This document shows, piece after piece, positions 56,732-64,000 of a stretch of DNA of 64,000 bases. The notes beneath the pieces were generated by a model. The model had not been told where the DNA came from, made no database searches, and saw only the letters and a program-made list of their open reading frames with translations. The position numbers and the translations under genes are program-made. Source of the stretch: Promethearchaeia archaeon (GTDB lineage Archaea; Asgardarchaeota; Lokiarchaeia; Sigyniarchaeales; SOKP01). The DNA lies in contig JAHQWI010000184.1 of NCBI GenBank assembly GCA_029856085.1, positions 2,972-66,971 on the forward strand. Reading direction: 5' to 3'. The number at the start of each line of letters is the position of its first letter. The first letter of the stretch is position 1.

Positions 56732-57397
56732 ATGGATGTTGAAAAATTTAATGAAGCACTAAAAACTAAAGTCGCATTAGCTAAAGGCTACGAAAGAAGA
56801 AATGAAATTGAGTCTGCTATAAAAATTTGGTTAGAAATTTCTGAAATGACGCTGAATTTTTCAAAATCCCGTAATATTGACGCTACTTATAAGAATATGC
56901 TTATCAATAGAACTAAAGGTATTGTAGCTCATATAAAAAATCTGAAAGCTGGTCAAATAGAAAAAGTTCTGTTCGAAGAAGAGATTATTGTGCAAGAAGA
57001 AGATACTCAAGAAGAAATTAATTCTAAATTAATTGAAAATGAGAAATTAGCATCTCATAAGATTGAAAAAGAAGAGATTGAACCTAGTGAAGCTGTGGTT
57101 AATAATGATACAAATATTGTAGAAAAGCCTGAATTTAAAAAAATACCTAAGGGATTCAAAGAGATTCAGACCTCAACAGATTTTAAAATTATCACACCCC
57201 ACGACGAAGATTATGTGAAAAAACGTTTGAATCCTGAATCAGACTCAATCCACAAACAACAAACTCAACCAAAGCAGGAAAGACTTGATTTTGAACAACC
57301 AAAGGATGGTAAAAGCTTGATTTGTTTCGCGTGTGGATACGATAAAAATCCTAAGAATGCTAAAACCTGTAAAAGTTGTGGCACTAAATTAAACTAA
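56732..57397 (+). CDS. MIT-like N-terminal domain protein with an acidic linker and a C-terminal zinc ribbon
   Basis: N-terminal FNEALKTKVALAKGYERRNEIESAIKIWLEISEMTLNFSK three-helix pattern. C-terminal CFACG...CKSCG. Confidence 0.5.
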   Translation: MDVEKFNEALKTKVALAKGYERRNEIESAIKIWLEISEMTLNFSKSRNIDATYKNMLINRTKGIVAHIKNLKAGQIEKVLFEEEIIVQEEDTQEEINSKLIENEKLASHKIEKEEIEPSEAVVNNDTNIVEKPEFKKIPKGFKEIQTSTDFKIITPHDEDYVKKRLNPESDSIHKQQTQPKQERLDFEQPKDGKSLICFACGYDKNPKNAKTCKSCGTKLN

Positions 57398-57410
57398 ACT
57401 TTTGGATTTT

Positions 57411-57968
57411 TTAATCATTTTTCTTCTTTCTTTCCTCTCTAATTTTATTGTATTTTTCAATTGCTCTTTCGCGCCACACCGAATTCCATTTTTTGAAGCC
57501 AGATTTTACGTATTTTTCTCTCTTAAAGAAGTCATAACAGACCCAATTAAACAAAATAAAGTAACGTCTTGCTCCAGATTTCTTTGTTAAGTTTCTTGAC
57601 CGTACGTTTAAATCATTTCGAAGGTGATCAATTAATTTTCCTTCAACTGCATCTTGAAGTTTGCCTTCAACTATCGCGTCTTCGTAATTAATTCCCTCTT
57701 CTAAAAAATAGGATCTCACTTGATCGAATATATTGCCGCGGCAAAGATGTACTATTTCTGTATCCTTTTTGAAGTTTAGTTCTCGTAATCCATCTTTAAC
57801 TAAATTTACTGCTTCGCTATATGGTTTTTTATTTTTCCAATTTTCCCCCTTAAATAAGTCAACAGATAAAGTTTTAAAAATAAGCTCGTCTGTTTCCTTC
57901 CTCAAGAGACCAATAAAGGCATCTCCAACGAGATCTCCGGTACCTGCGTCATCAATTTCTATTGTCAT
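57411..57968 (-). CDS. Conserved-looking hypothetical protein
   Basis: A 185-aa ORF with an N-terminal IEIDDAGTGDLVGDAFIG acidic motif and a basic C-terminus. No family assigned. Confidence 0.5.
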   Translation of the reverse strand: MTIEIDDAGTGDLVGDAFIGLLRKETDELIFKTLSVDLFKGENWKNKKPYSEAVNLVKDGLRELNFKKDTEIVHLCRGNIFDQVRSYFLEEGINYEDAIVEGKLQDAVEGKLIDHLRNDLNVRSRNLTKKSGARRYFILFNWVCYDFFKREKYVKSGFKKWNSVWRERAIEKYNKIREERKKKND

Positions 57969-58113
57969 TGATTTCCAAGAGCATTTCTTATATCTATCGG
58001 TAATTGAATAAATTAATTAATAAATATCAAGTTTTATAAAATTAAATTGTTAAGAAAAATAAATGAAATTATTGAATATTATAAGTTTCAAACTTCTTTT
58101 TGATGGTTAAAAT

Positions 58114-58908
58114 ATGGATGTGGAATTATTAGTTATCGGTAATGAGATTTTAATTGGAAAGACACTTGATAGCAATTCAAATTGGATGGCAAAAAGGATT
58201 ACTCGATATGGTCATCAACTTAGAAGGATATCCACGGTAGGGGATGATCTGAATGTAATCTCTAGTACATTACAAGAAATTTTAAAACGAAATCCGGATT
58301 TAATTATTACTTCCGGCGGACTTGGACCAACCTTTGATGATATGACTTTAGAGGGAATAGCTATTGGTTTAAAAAGGAAATTGGAACTAAATGAACATGC
58401 TTTTAGTTCAATAAAGAAGGTTTACAAACATGCTTATGAAAGAGGAATTTTAAAACTTGAAGGGATGACAAAAGAACGAAAGAAAATGGCATTTCTTCCA
58501 CAAGGTTCTACCCCCTTGCCAAATACGGTGGGTACTGCCCCAGGAGTTAAAATTAGAGAAAAAAGCACAACAATATTTATACTTCCAGGTGTACCCGCAG
58601 AGATGAAATCAATATTTAGGAATATAATAAATCCTATTTTGAAAGAGAAGAAAGGTAAGTTTGTTGAAAAAGGATTTCTTTTCTCGGGTATTGGGGAAAG
58701 TCAGATTGCACCATATACGAGTGAGTTAGAAAATAAATATCCTCAGTTGTGGATCAAAACTCACCCCAAGATTGGGCTATCTGTTTTGGTTGAGGTCTCT
58801 ATTACTGCTTTTAATGTAGAAAATGGGGAAGAATTAATAGATAAAGCCTTAAGTGAAATTAAAGAGATTATCTTAAACCTAAAAGGAGAAATTAAAGAAA
58901 GAAACTAA
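58114..58908 (+). CDS. CinA-family / MoaB-Mog-like molybdopterin-binding domain protein
   Basis: VELLVIGNEILIGKTLDSNSNWMAKRI... and TSGGLGPTFDDMT motifs. Confidence 0.8.
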   Translation: MDVELLVIGNEILIGKTLDSNSNWMAKRITRYGHQLRRISTVGDDLNVISSTLQEILKRNPDLIITSGGLGPTFDDMTLEGIAIGLKRKLELNEHAFSSIKKVYKHAYERGILKLEGMTKERKKMAFLPQGSTPLPNTVGTAPGVKIREKSTTIFILPGVPAEMKSIFRNIINPILKEKKGKFVEKGFLFSGIGESQIAPYTSELENKYPQLWIKTHPKIGLSVLVEVSITAFNVENGEELIDKALSEIKEIILNLKGEIKERN

Positions 58909-58918
58909 TTTTAGATAT

Positions 58919-58942
58919 GAAGCCACCTTGCAGGTGGAATTC
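58919..58942 (-). terminator. Hairpin between convergent genes, downstream of the SelD-1 SECIS
   Basis: CCACC(58923-27)/GGTGG(58933-37) stem with flanking GAA/TTC pairs. The equivalent position after SelD-2 carries a different but also self-complementary sequence. Confidence 0.3.
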
Positions 58943-58989
58943 TCAATAAGTCCCCACTAAAAAGTGTTTCAACTTATCTCATTGACATC
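58941..58989 (-). promoter_or_regulatory. SECIS element (kink-turn AUGA...GA type) in the 3' UTR of SelD-1
   Basis: mRNA sense: AAUGA-G-AUAAGU-UGAAACAC-UUUUUA-GUGGGG-ACUUAU-UGAG. The AUAAGU/ACUUAU helix becomes AUAAGC/GCUUAU in the paralog (compensatory change). Confidence 0.65.
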
Positions 58990-58990
58990 T

Positions 58991-60019
58991 TTAAATTTTT
59001 GTAATTTCAATATTTTGAACATTTTCTGAAATTCTAACTAAACCAGACTGAACGTGATCTATTGTTCCCACGATCCAATTAGAAATTTTATTACTAGTAA
59101 GTGTTGTTGTGAAATCTTCTACTCTAGTAGGATCAACGGCAACAATCATGCCTCCCGCAGTTTCATGGCACATGCAATCATCAAAAGCATACCCTAACTC
59201 ATGGGATAATTCTTCAGAAAATTTTATCGAGGGCACGGTTTCTATTATTGCAGAGAGATCAGAATTCTGAAGCAATTCTGCAGTATGACCAGCTAAGCCA
59301 AATCCGGTAATATCACTTAAGGCATGAATAAATGAAAAATCATCATAGGAGTGTATTGCTTTGACAACATTCTGATTAGGAGTTGTCATAATTTTTATTG
59401 CAAGATCTATAGATTTTTGAAGTTCATCAGTAGAATATTGTTCTAACATTTCTGGAAAATCCTTAAGAATCCTATATGATGCCATAATTGCTTGTAGTCC
59501 AATGGGTTTTGTTATTACTAGTTTATCTCCTTTCTTTACTCCTTGTTTTTGAATAATTGCATCTTTATGTACATATCCAGAGGCTTCACCACCCATTAAT
59601 GGCCATTCACTATAAATAGTGTGCCCACCAACCACGTTAGAATTTATTTTTTCTTCCATAAAATACTTTATACCCTTTAGAATCCCTTCAGCTACTTTTA
59701 TTGGAGTTCTATTACTTATAGCTAGAAACACAAGCATTCCTGATATCTCCGGAACATTCATCGCAAAAATATCATTTGTAACATTACACGCAGCAATTTC
59801 ACCCTCTATTTCGGGTTCATCAATAATGGGCGTGAAAATATCAATATTTTTCACAAGAACCAAATCACTGTTAGGTATGGGTATAATAGCAGCATCTTCA
59901 ATGTCTCCCGCTAATCCCACATTGGCTAATAAATCGTTTAAATCGTTTTGTCCGAGTTTACAGCTTCATCCGTGTATGCCTACATCTTTCGTAAGCCTAT
60001 ATTCTGATTCTTTGTTCAT
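58991..60019 (-). CDS. selD: Selenophosphate synthetase (SelD), selenocysteine-containing, paralog 1
   Basis: The ORF track begins at 59920, but the frame continues through TGA 59968-59966 to ATG 60019: MNKESEYRLTKDVGIHG-U-SCKLGQNDL... This is the U/C-x-C-K active-site motif. The AIR-synthase-like body carries DAAIIP and GGHTI. GAGGTG lies upstream of the ATG. Confidence 0.85.
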
Positions 60020-60188
60020 ACACCTCAACTTTTAATGATTTCAATATATTTTAATTTAAAGTTAGTTAATAAATCAAATTCTTACTATCTATAAATATTT
60101 TCGATATTATTTATCAATTCTATCGATAAATTAATCTAATAAAATTAAAAATAAGAAGTAGAATAAAGAAGTTATTTTTATATATTCG

Positions 60189-60207
60189 ATGCCGTTTCGC
60201 AACGGAT
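60189..60207 (-). terminator. Hairpin downstream of the SelD-2 SECIS
   Basis: CCGTT(60192-96)/AACGG(60201-05) with a 4-nt loop. It is positionally equivalent to the hairpin after SelD-1. Confidence 0.3.
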
Positions 60208-60208
60208 T

Positions 60209-60257
60209 TCTCTATAAGCACCCACAATGATGTGTTTTTGCTTATTTCATCGACATC
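60209..60257 (-). promoter_or_regulatory. SECIS element (kink-turn AUGA...GA type) in the 3' UTR of SelD-2
   Basis: mRNA sense: GAUGA-A-AUAAGC-AAAAACAC-AUCAUU-GUGGGU-GCUUAU-AGAG. It is colinear with the SelD-1 element. Confidence 0.65.
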
Positions 60258-60258
60258 G

Positions 60259-61290
60259 TTAGAATTTTGTTATTTCAATATGTTCAACATCTTCAGAAAC
60301 GTGAACATATTTATGCTTATGAACATTATCGATTGACCCAATAATCCAATTTGAAACTCCAAACTTTGTAAGTCGTTCTGAAAATTCTTCTGCTTGTTTA
60401 TGATCAACAGAAATGAGCATCCCGCCTGCTGTTTCTGGCATTTCGCATGAATCAAATTTATAACCAAAATCATATGACAATTCTCTAGATAATTTAATAA
60501 TAGGCACTATATCAATAGTTGCTGAAAGTTTAGAATTTTGAAGCATCTCTTTTAAATGACCTGCTAAGCCAAATCCAGAAACGTCTGTCATTGAATGAAT
60601 GAAGTTATTCTCAGGGTAAGAATGTGTTACTTCTACTACATCTTGAAGCGGTGTAATCATTAAATTTATTGCTAAATCAATAGAAGCATCAATCTTCGAT
60701 TTAGAGTAATTCTCTATAAGAGCGGGGTTGTTTTTTTGTAGACGATATGCTGCCATAATAGCTTGATTTCCTATTGGTTTAGTAACTATAAGTTTATCTC
60801 CTAATTCAACATAGTTTTTTCGTATAATCTTGGTTTTCTCAACGAAGCCTGATGCCTCACCTCCAATCAGCGGCCATTCAGAGTATATTGTATGTCCCCC
60901 TAAGATTTTAGAATTTATCTTATTTTCCATGAAATTTTTAATTCCACTTAATATACCTTCAGCAACGTGCATTGGCATATTTTTCTTCATTCCTAAGAAA
61001 ACAAGCATTCCAGAAATGTCTAGTACATTTAATGCAAAAACATCATTAGTTACATTGGCAGCAGCAATCTCTCCCATGATTTCTGGTTCATCTAGGATTG
61101 GAGTGAAAATGTCAATATTTTTCACCATGACAAGGTCGGTATTAGGCACAGGAATTACGGCAGAATCTTCAATGTCTCCTTTTAATCCAACGTTGGATAG
61201 TAGTTTATCTAACTTTTCCGCGTCAAGTTTACAATTTCAGCCAAATAGTTTCGTTTGCAATGTCAATCGATAACTCTCTAACTCTTGCAT
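60259..61290 (-). CDS. selD: Selenophosphate synthetase (SelD), selenocysteine-containing, paralog 2
   Basis: The frame continues upstream of 61149 through TGA 61239-61237 to ATG 61290: MQELESYRLTLQTKLFG-U-NCKLDAEKL... GAGGTGA lies 3 nt before the ATG. The body is similar along its whole length to paralog 1. Confidence 0.85.
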
Positions 61291-61504
61291 CCTTCACCTC
61301 AATTTTATTATTCCTATAGCATTAGTAGATTTATTTAGAATTAACAAATATATTAATCTTTTTCATATAATTTATTCAAAAAATAAATTAAACTATTCAT
61401 GAGATAAGAAATTTCTAATAAAAATTTATAAGAAATTAATTAAATGATAAACGAAATTTATAACAGTATCATTAATCGAAAAGAAGTTAAATCTTCATAC
61501 TGCT

Positions 61505-64000
61505 TTATGGAATGAATAAATCAATATGTTTAGTTGTTTTTTTTGTGTTGTTGAATTGATCTTTATAGAATAATTCTACTTTAATTTCGTCTGCTGAAGC
61601 ATTAAAAAGGTTCTTCTTAAGTTCTTTTTGTTTGTCTATTTTCAAGACATAATTAAACTTAAAAGCAGAACCAGGTTTTAACTCACTTAATTGTAGGTAT
61701 TTTGGATAACTTTCCTTTCTCTTAATGTTGACATAGGTCGGGACTTTTAAAGAAATTTGGAAATCTTTAAATTCCAAACTTGAAGGGTTAGTTAGTTTAA
61801 AATTCAAGTAGATTTCGTTGCCAATTGTCTTTATGTTTTTGAAAAAGAAGATATCTTTAGAATCTGTAATAAAAGACTCAATTTGCTCGAAAGATAATGT
61901 TTCATTTATGATTTTCGCATTAAGCTTATTCCTGTTAATGAATTTAAGAATAGTTTCTTTTAATTGCTCTGTGTTAACATTTAGAAATTTAGAGAGTAAA
62001 TCCAATTTTATGGGGTTGCTAATTTTGGAGTAATACTTAATCTGACTTAGATGAAGTTTATCTTCTCCTTTTCGTATGAAATTTTTAAGCCGATTTATCA
62101 GTAATTCTTTTGAGGTGTTAAATTTGTCGATATATGGTCTCACATATAAGTTAAACACATTATTGTCTTCCAGTAATTTCTCTTTACCAAGAATGTTTTC
62201 AATTTGTTTATCAGTTTCTTCTATATAATTCTGTATTTGTCTTGTATTCATTTCAATTAACTTTTTTCCATCACTAAACTCATTAGTCTTTATTAAAAAT
62301 TCTAATTTTGGAGTTAGTGTTTCAAAATTATCATTTAACTTTTTAATTCCTTCGATTCTCTCTGTAATAATAGATTGGATATGTCCTTGAAGGAGTTGAA
62401 ATCTAAGTTCATTATCAATCCCATTTATCTCTTTATTATCAGAAATTTCCCCTATGACCCTACTTTGTATCATATAGTCGATTAAATCATCTTTTATCGT
62501 CTTAAATTGTCTATCTAAATCAATTAAATATTCCTGAATTTCAATTTTTATTGAAACCCATTTTCTTAACAGATCTTCGAAGATTTCATCAAACTCTACA
62601 TTATTTATTAATAGTTCTCTTATTTCTCCATCTAACGTGAATAATTTTTTTCTTATTTGGGTTATATAAGTGAATGTTTCATTTTCACCATTGCTAACAT
62701 TCATCTCAAGTTCATTTTCTTTTATGTAATCAAATTCAGCTTTAAGGATATTTATGCGATTATCTAATAGCTTGATTTCTTGATGTAAATCAGAGACAAA
62801 CTCTTGCTTTTTTTCTTCGCATATTTCAGAGATAAAACTTTTTATAATACTTAATTCTTCAATTATCTGGACTTTAGTATCTTCCCAATCTTCAATTAAT
62901 CCAAAAGCTAATCTTTTATAATCAAATTTATTAATTACGTTATCAAATTTTTTGATTTTTCTAAGAATCTTATTGTATTTTCTATTTAATTGAACTTCTG
63001 TATTGTTAAATTTAAAATTTTCAATATAGGAATTTAGTTTTTCTCTGAATTGCGCAGGAATTTTTCGAAATCTAACTATTTTTTTATGAAATAATGCTAA
63101 TTCATAATTTATGCGTTCTATTGTAGAATCGATTTTTTTAAAGTTGGTGTTAATATTTTCTAATGTAAAAAAGATCTCTTCCTTCACTTCTGGATCTTTT
63201 TCAATTTGTAAGGATTTGTTTAATTCAATCGTAATCCAAACAGCTATTTTATGGCTTTTTAAAATGAAACATATATGGTTTAAAAAATTGATTGTTTGTT
63301 TTCTTTCTCTCCAAAAACGCGACTCTAGTTGATATAATATTCTGGTTATTTCGTTCTCAATTTCAATTTGATATTCTTCAAATAGCCGCTTAAAAACCAG
63401 GGCAATTCCTTCTCTAATGTTTTCAGAAGGGTTTTCTAATTCTTCGAACAAATAAGGAAATATTTCGGTAATATTTTTTTGACAGAGCTGATATAACGCA
63501 TTTATTAATGAATTTCTATAATAAGAATGTCCTGTTTCTGACATTGAATTTAATAAATTAGCCCATATCTGGTCAAAGTTATTTTCTGCTATATTTACGA
63601 GAGCTTCTATTACTTTTGATTGAATGCGATAATCTTTCTCTTTTAAGATGTTTATTAATTTTGGAATAATTGAGATTATTTCAGAAGACTTTTCTTTACC
63701 TATTTCGCCAAATAACCAAATAATTAATTCTTTGACTCTATTTGCTTCGTTGTAAAGAAGGTTGAGTAGAAGATAGAATAATTTTTCTTTAGATAGGAAG
63801 TACGTACCATGGATCTTTAGGAGTTCAGCAGCAGCGTGCGCAACATCATCATCTTCATCTCTGAGATTTATGATTACCATTGATAATAATGGTTCTAAAT
63901 CTCTTATTTTAGTATAATCTTGATTTAATATCTTTTGTATCGTTTTGATTACATTGAGTTTTACTTTCCAATCATTATCCATCAATTTTTCCGTGTATTC
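61505..64000 (-). CDS. HEAT/ARM-repeat N-terminal domain protein with a long helical/coiled-coil body (5' end probably beyond the window)
   Basis: HEAT-like units (DWKVKLNVIKTIQKI..., DEDDDVAHAAAELL...). The frame remains open from 63985 to the window edge. Confidence 0.55.
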   Translation of the reverse strand, partial: EYTEKLMDNDWKVKLNVIKTIQKILNQDYTKIRDLEPLLSMVIINLRDEDDDVAHAAAELLKIHGTYFLSKEKLFYLLLNLLYNEANRVKELIIWLFGEIGKEKSSEIISIIPKLINILKEKDYRIQSKVIEALVNIAENNFDQIWANLLNSMSETGHSYYRNSLINALYQLCQKNITEIFPYLFEELENPSENIREGIALVFKRLFEEYQIEIENEITRILYQLESRFWRERKQTINFLNHICFILKSHKIAVWITIELNKSLQIEKDPEVKEEIFFTLENINTNFKKIDSTIERINYELALFHKKIVRFRKIPAQFREKLNSYIENFKFNNTEVQLNRKYNKILRKIKKFDNVINKFDYKRLAFGLIEDWEDTKVQIIEELSIIKSFISEICEEKKQEFVSDLHQEIKLLDNRINILKAEFDYIKENELEMNVSNGENETFTYITQIRKKLFTLDGEIRELLINNVEFDEIFEDLLRKWVSIKIEIQEYLIDLDRQFKTIKDDLIDYMIQSRVIGEISDNKEINGIDNELRFQLLQGHIQSIITERIEGIKKLNDNFETLTPKLEFLIKTNEFSDGKKLIEMNTRQIQNYIEETDKQIENILGKEKLLEDNNVFNLYVRPYIDKFNTSKELLINRLKNFIRKGEDKLHLSQIKYYSKISNPIKLDLLSKFLNVNTEQLKETILKFINRNKLNAKIINETLSFEQIESFITDSKDIFFFKNIKTIGNEIYLNFKLTNPSSLEFKDFQISLKVPTYVNIKRKESYPKYLQLSELKPGSAFKFNYVLKIDKQKELKKNLFNASADEIKVELFYKDQFNNTKKTTKHIDLFIP

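Noticed and set aside
59966-59968. The in-frame TGA codons in the two SelD genes (also 61237-61239) read as truncations or pseudogene lesions.
   Set aside because: Both paralogs have the TGA at the same aligned position as the catalytic Sec/Cys of SelD. Each is preceded by a good ATG with a GAGGTG element and followed by a conserved SECIS-like 3' UTR.
59619-61273. Plus-strand ORFs 59619-60035 and 60830-61273 (138 and 147 aa) opposite the SelD genes. Similar antisense ORFs occur throughout the track, for example 1401-1769, 9994-10410, 15135-15572, 24760-25149, 27466-27795, 29939-30265, 41770-42027, 42903-43446 and 43519-43914.
   Set aside because: Each lies entirely inside a longer opposite-strand ORF with clear family motifs. 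Their translations are low-complexity (S/F/I/L-rich), as expected for the antisense of AT-rich coding DNA.

Overview
This is an AT-rich (about 30% GC by eye) archaeal chromosomal segment with roughly 60 genes on both strands and no rRNA, CRISPR array or recognisable transposase. I infer an Asgard (Lokiarchaeia-like) origin from the gene content. That content includes a Rab-like small GTPase, a Roadblock-like gene next to a multidomain Ras-superfamily GTPase, and a GPN-loop GTPase. It also includes E1-like and E2-like ubiquitin-system enzymes, ribosomal protein eS30, MIT-like domains, a class-I HDAC/AcuC homolog and Sec-containing SelD genes with kink-turn-type SECIS elements. Main observations: (1) Two protein-coding genes are interrupted by ~30-nt inserts that fold as bulge-helix-bulge (BHB) splicing motifs. 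These are eS30 at 54433-54667 and the E1-like enzyme at 25246-26874. Applying the archaeal tRNA-splicing rule restores the conserved reading frames exactly. The window also carries a two-intron tRNA-Tyr and a one-intron tRNA-Trp. (2) A 2120-aa protein (18761-25123) is built from about 18 MIT/TPR-like three-helix units joined by charged coiled coils, with an internal ~1.39-kb tandem super-repeat. (3) A phosphonate biosynthesis operon (397-7436) encodes a PEP mutase-cytidylyltransferase fusion, phosphonopyruvate decarboxylase, an Fe-alcohol dehydrogenase, two further cytidylyltransferase paralogs and a GlpT/UhpC-type transporter. A large polytopic membrane protein follows it. (4) Two tandem selenophosphate synthetase paralogs each have an in-frame UGA at the catalytic U-x-C-K position and a paralogous 3'-UTR SECIS showing compensatory base changes. 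(5) At least two conserved genes must start at AUA, because their essential N-terminal motifs lie between an in-frame stop and the first ATG/GTG/TTG. (6) A candidate ~140-nt structured RNA lies at 34197-34336, and a GC-rich relic of a sulfatase gene at 28521-28657. All functional calls come from motif recognition by eye; no database search was possible.
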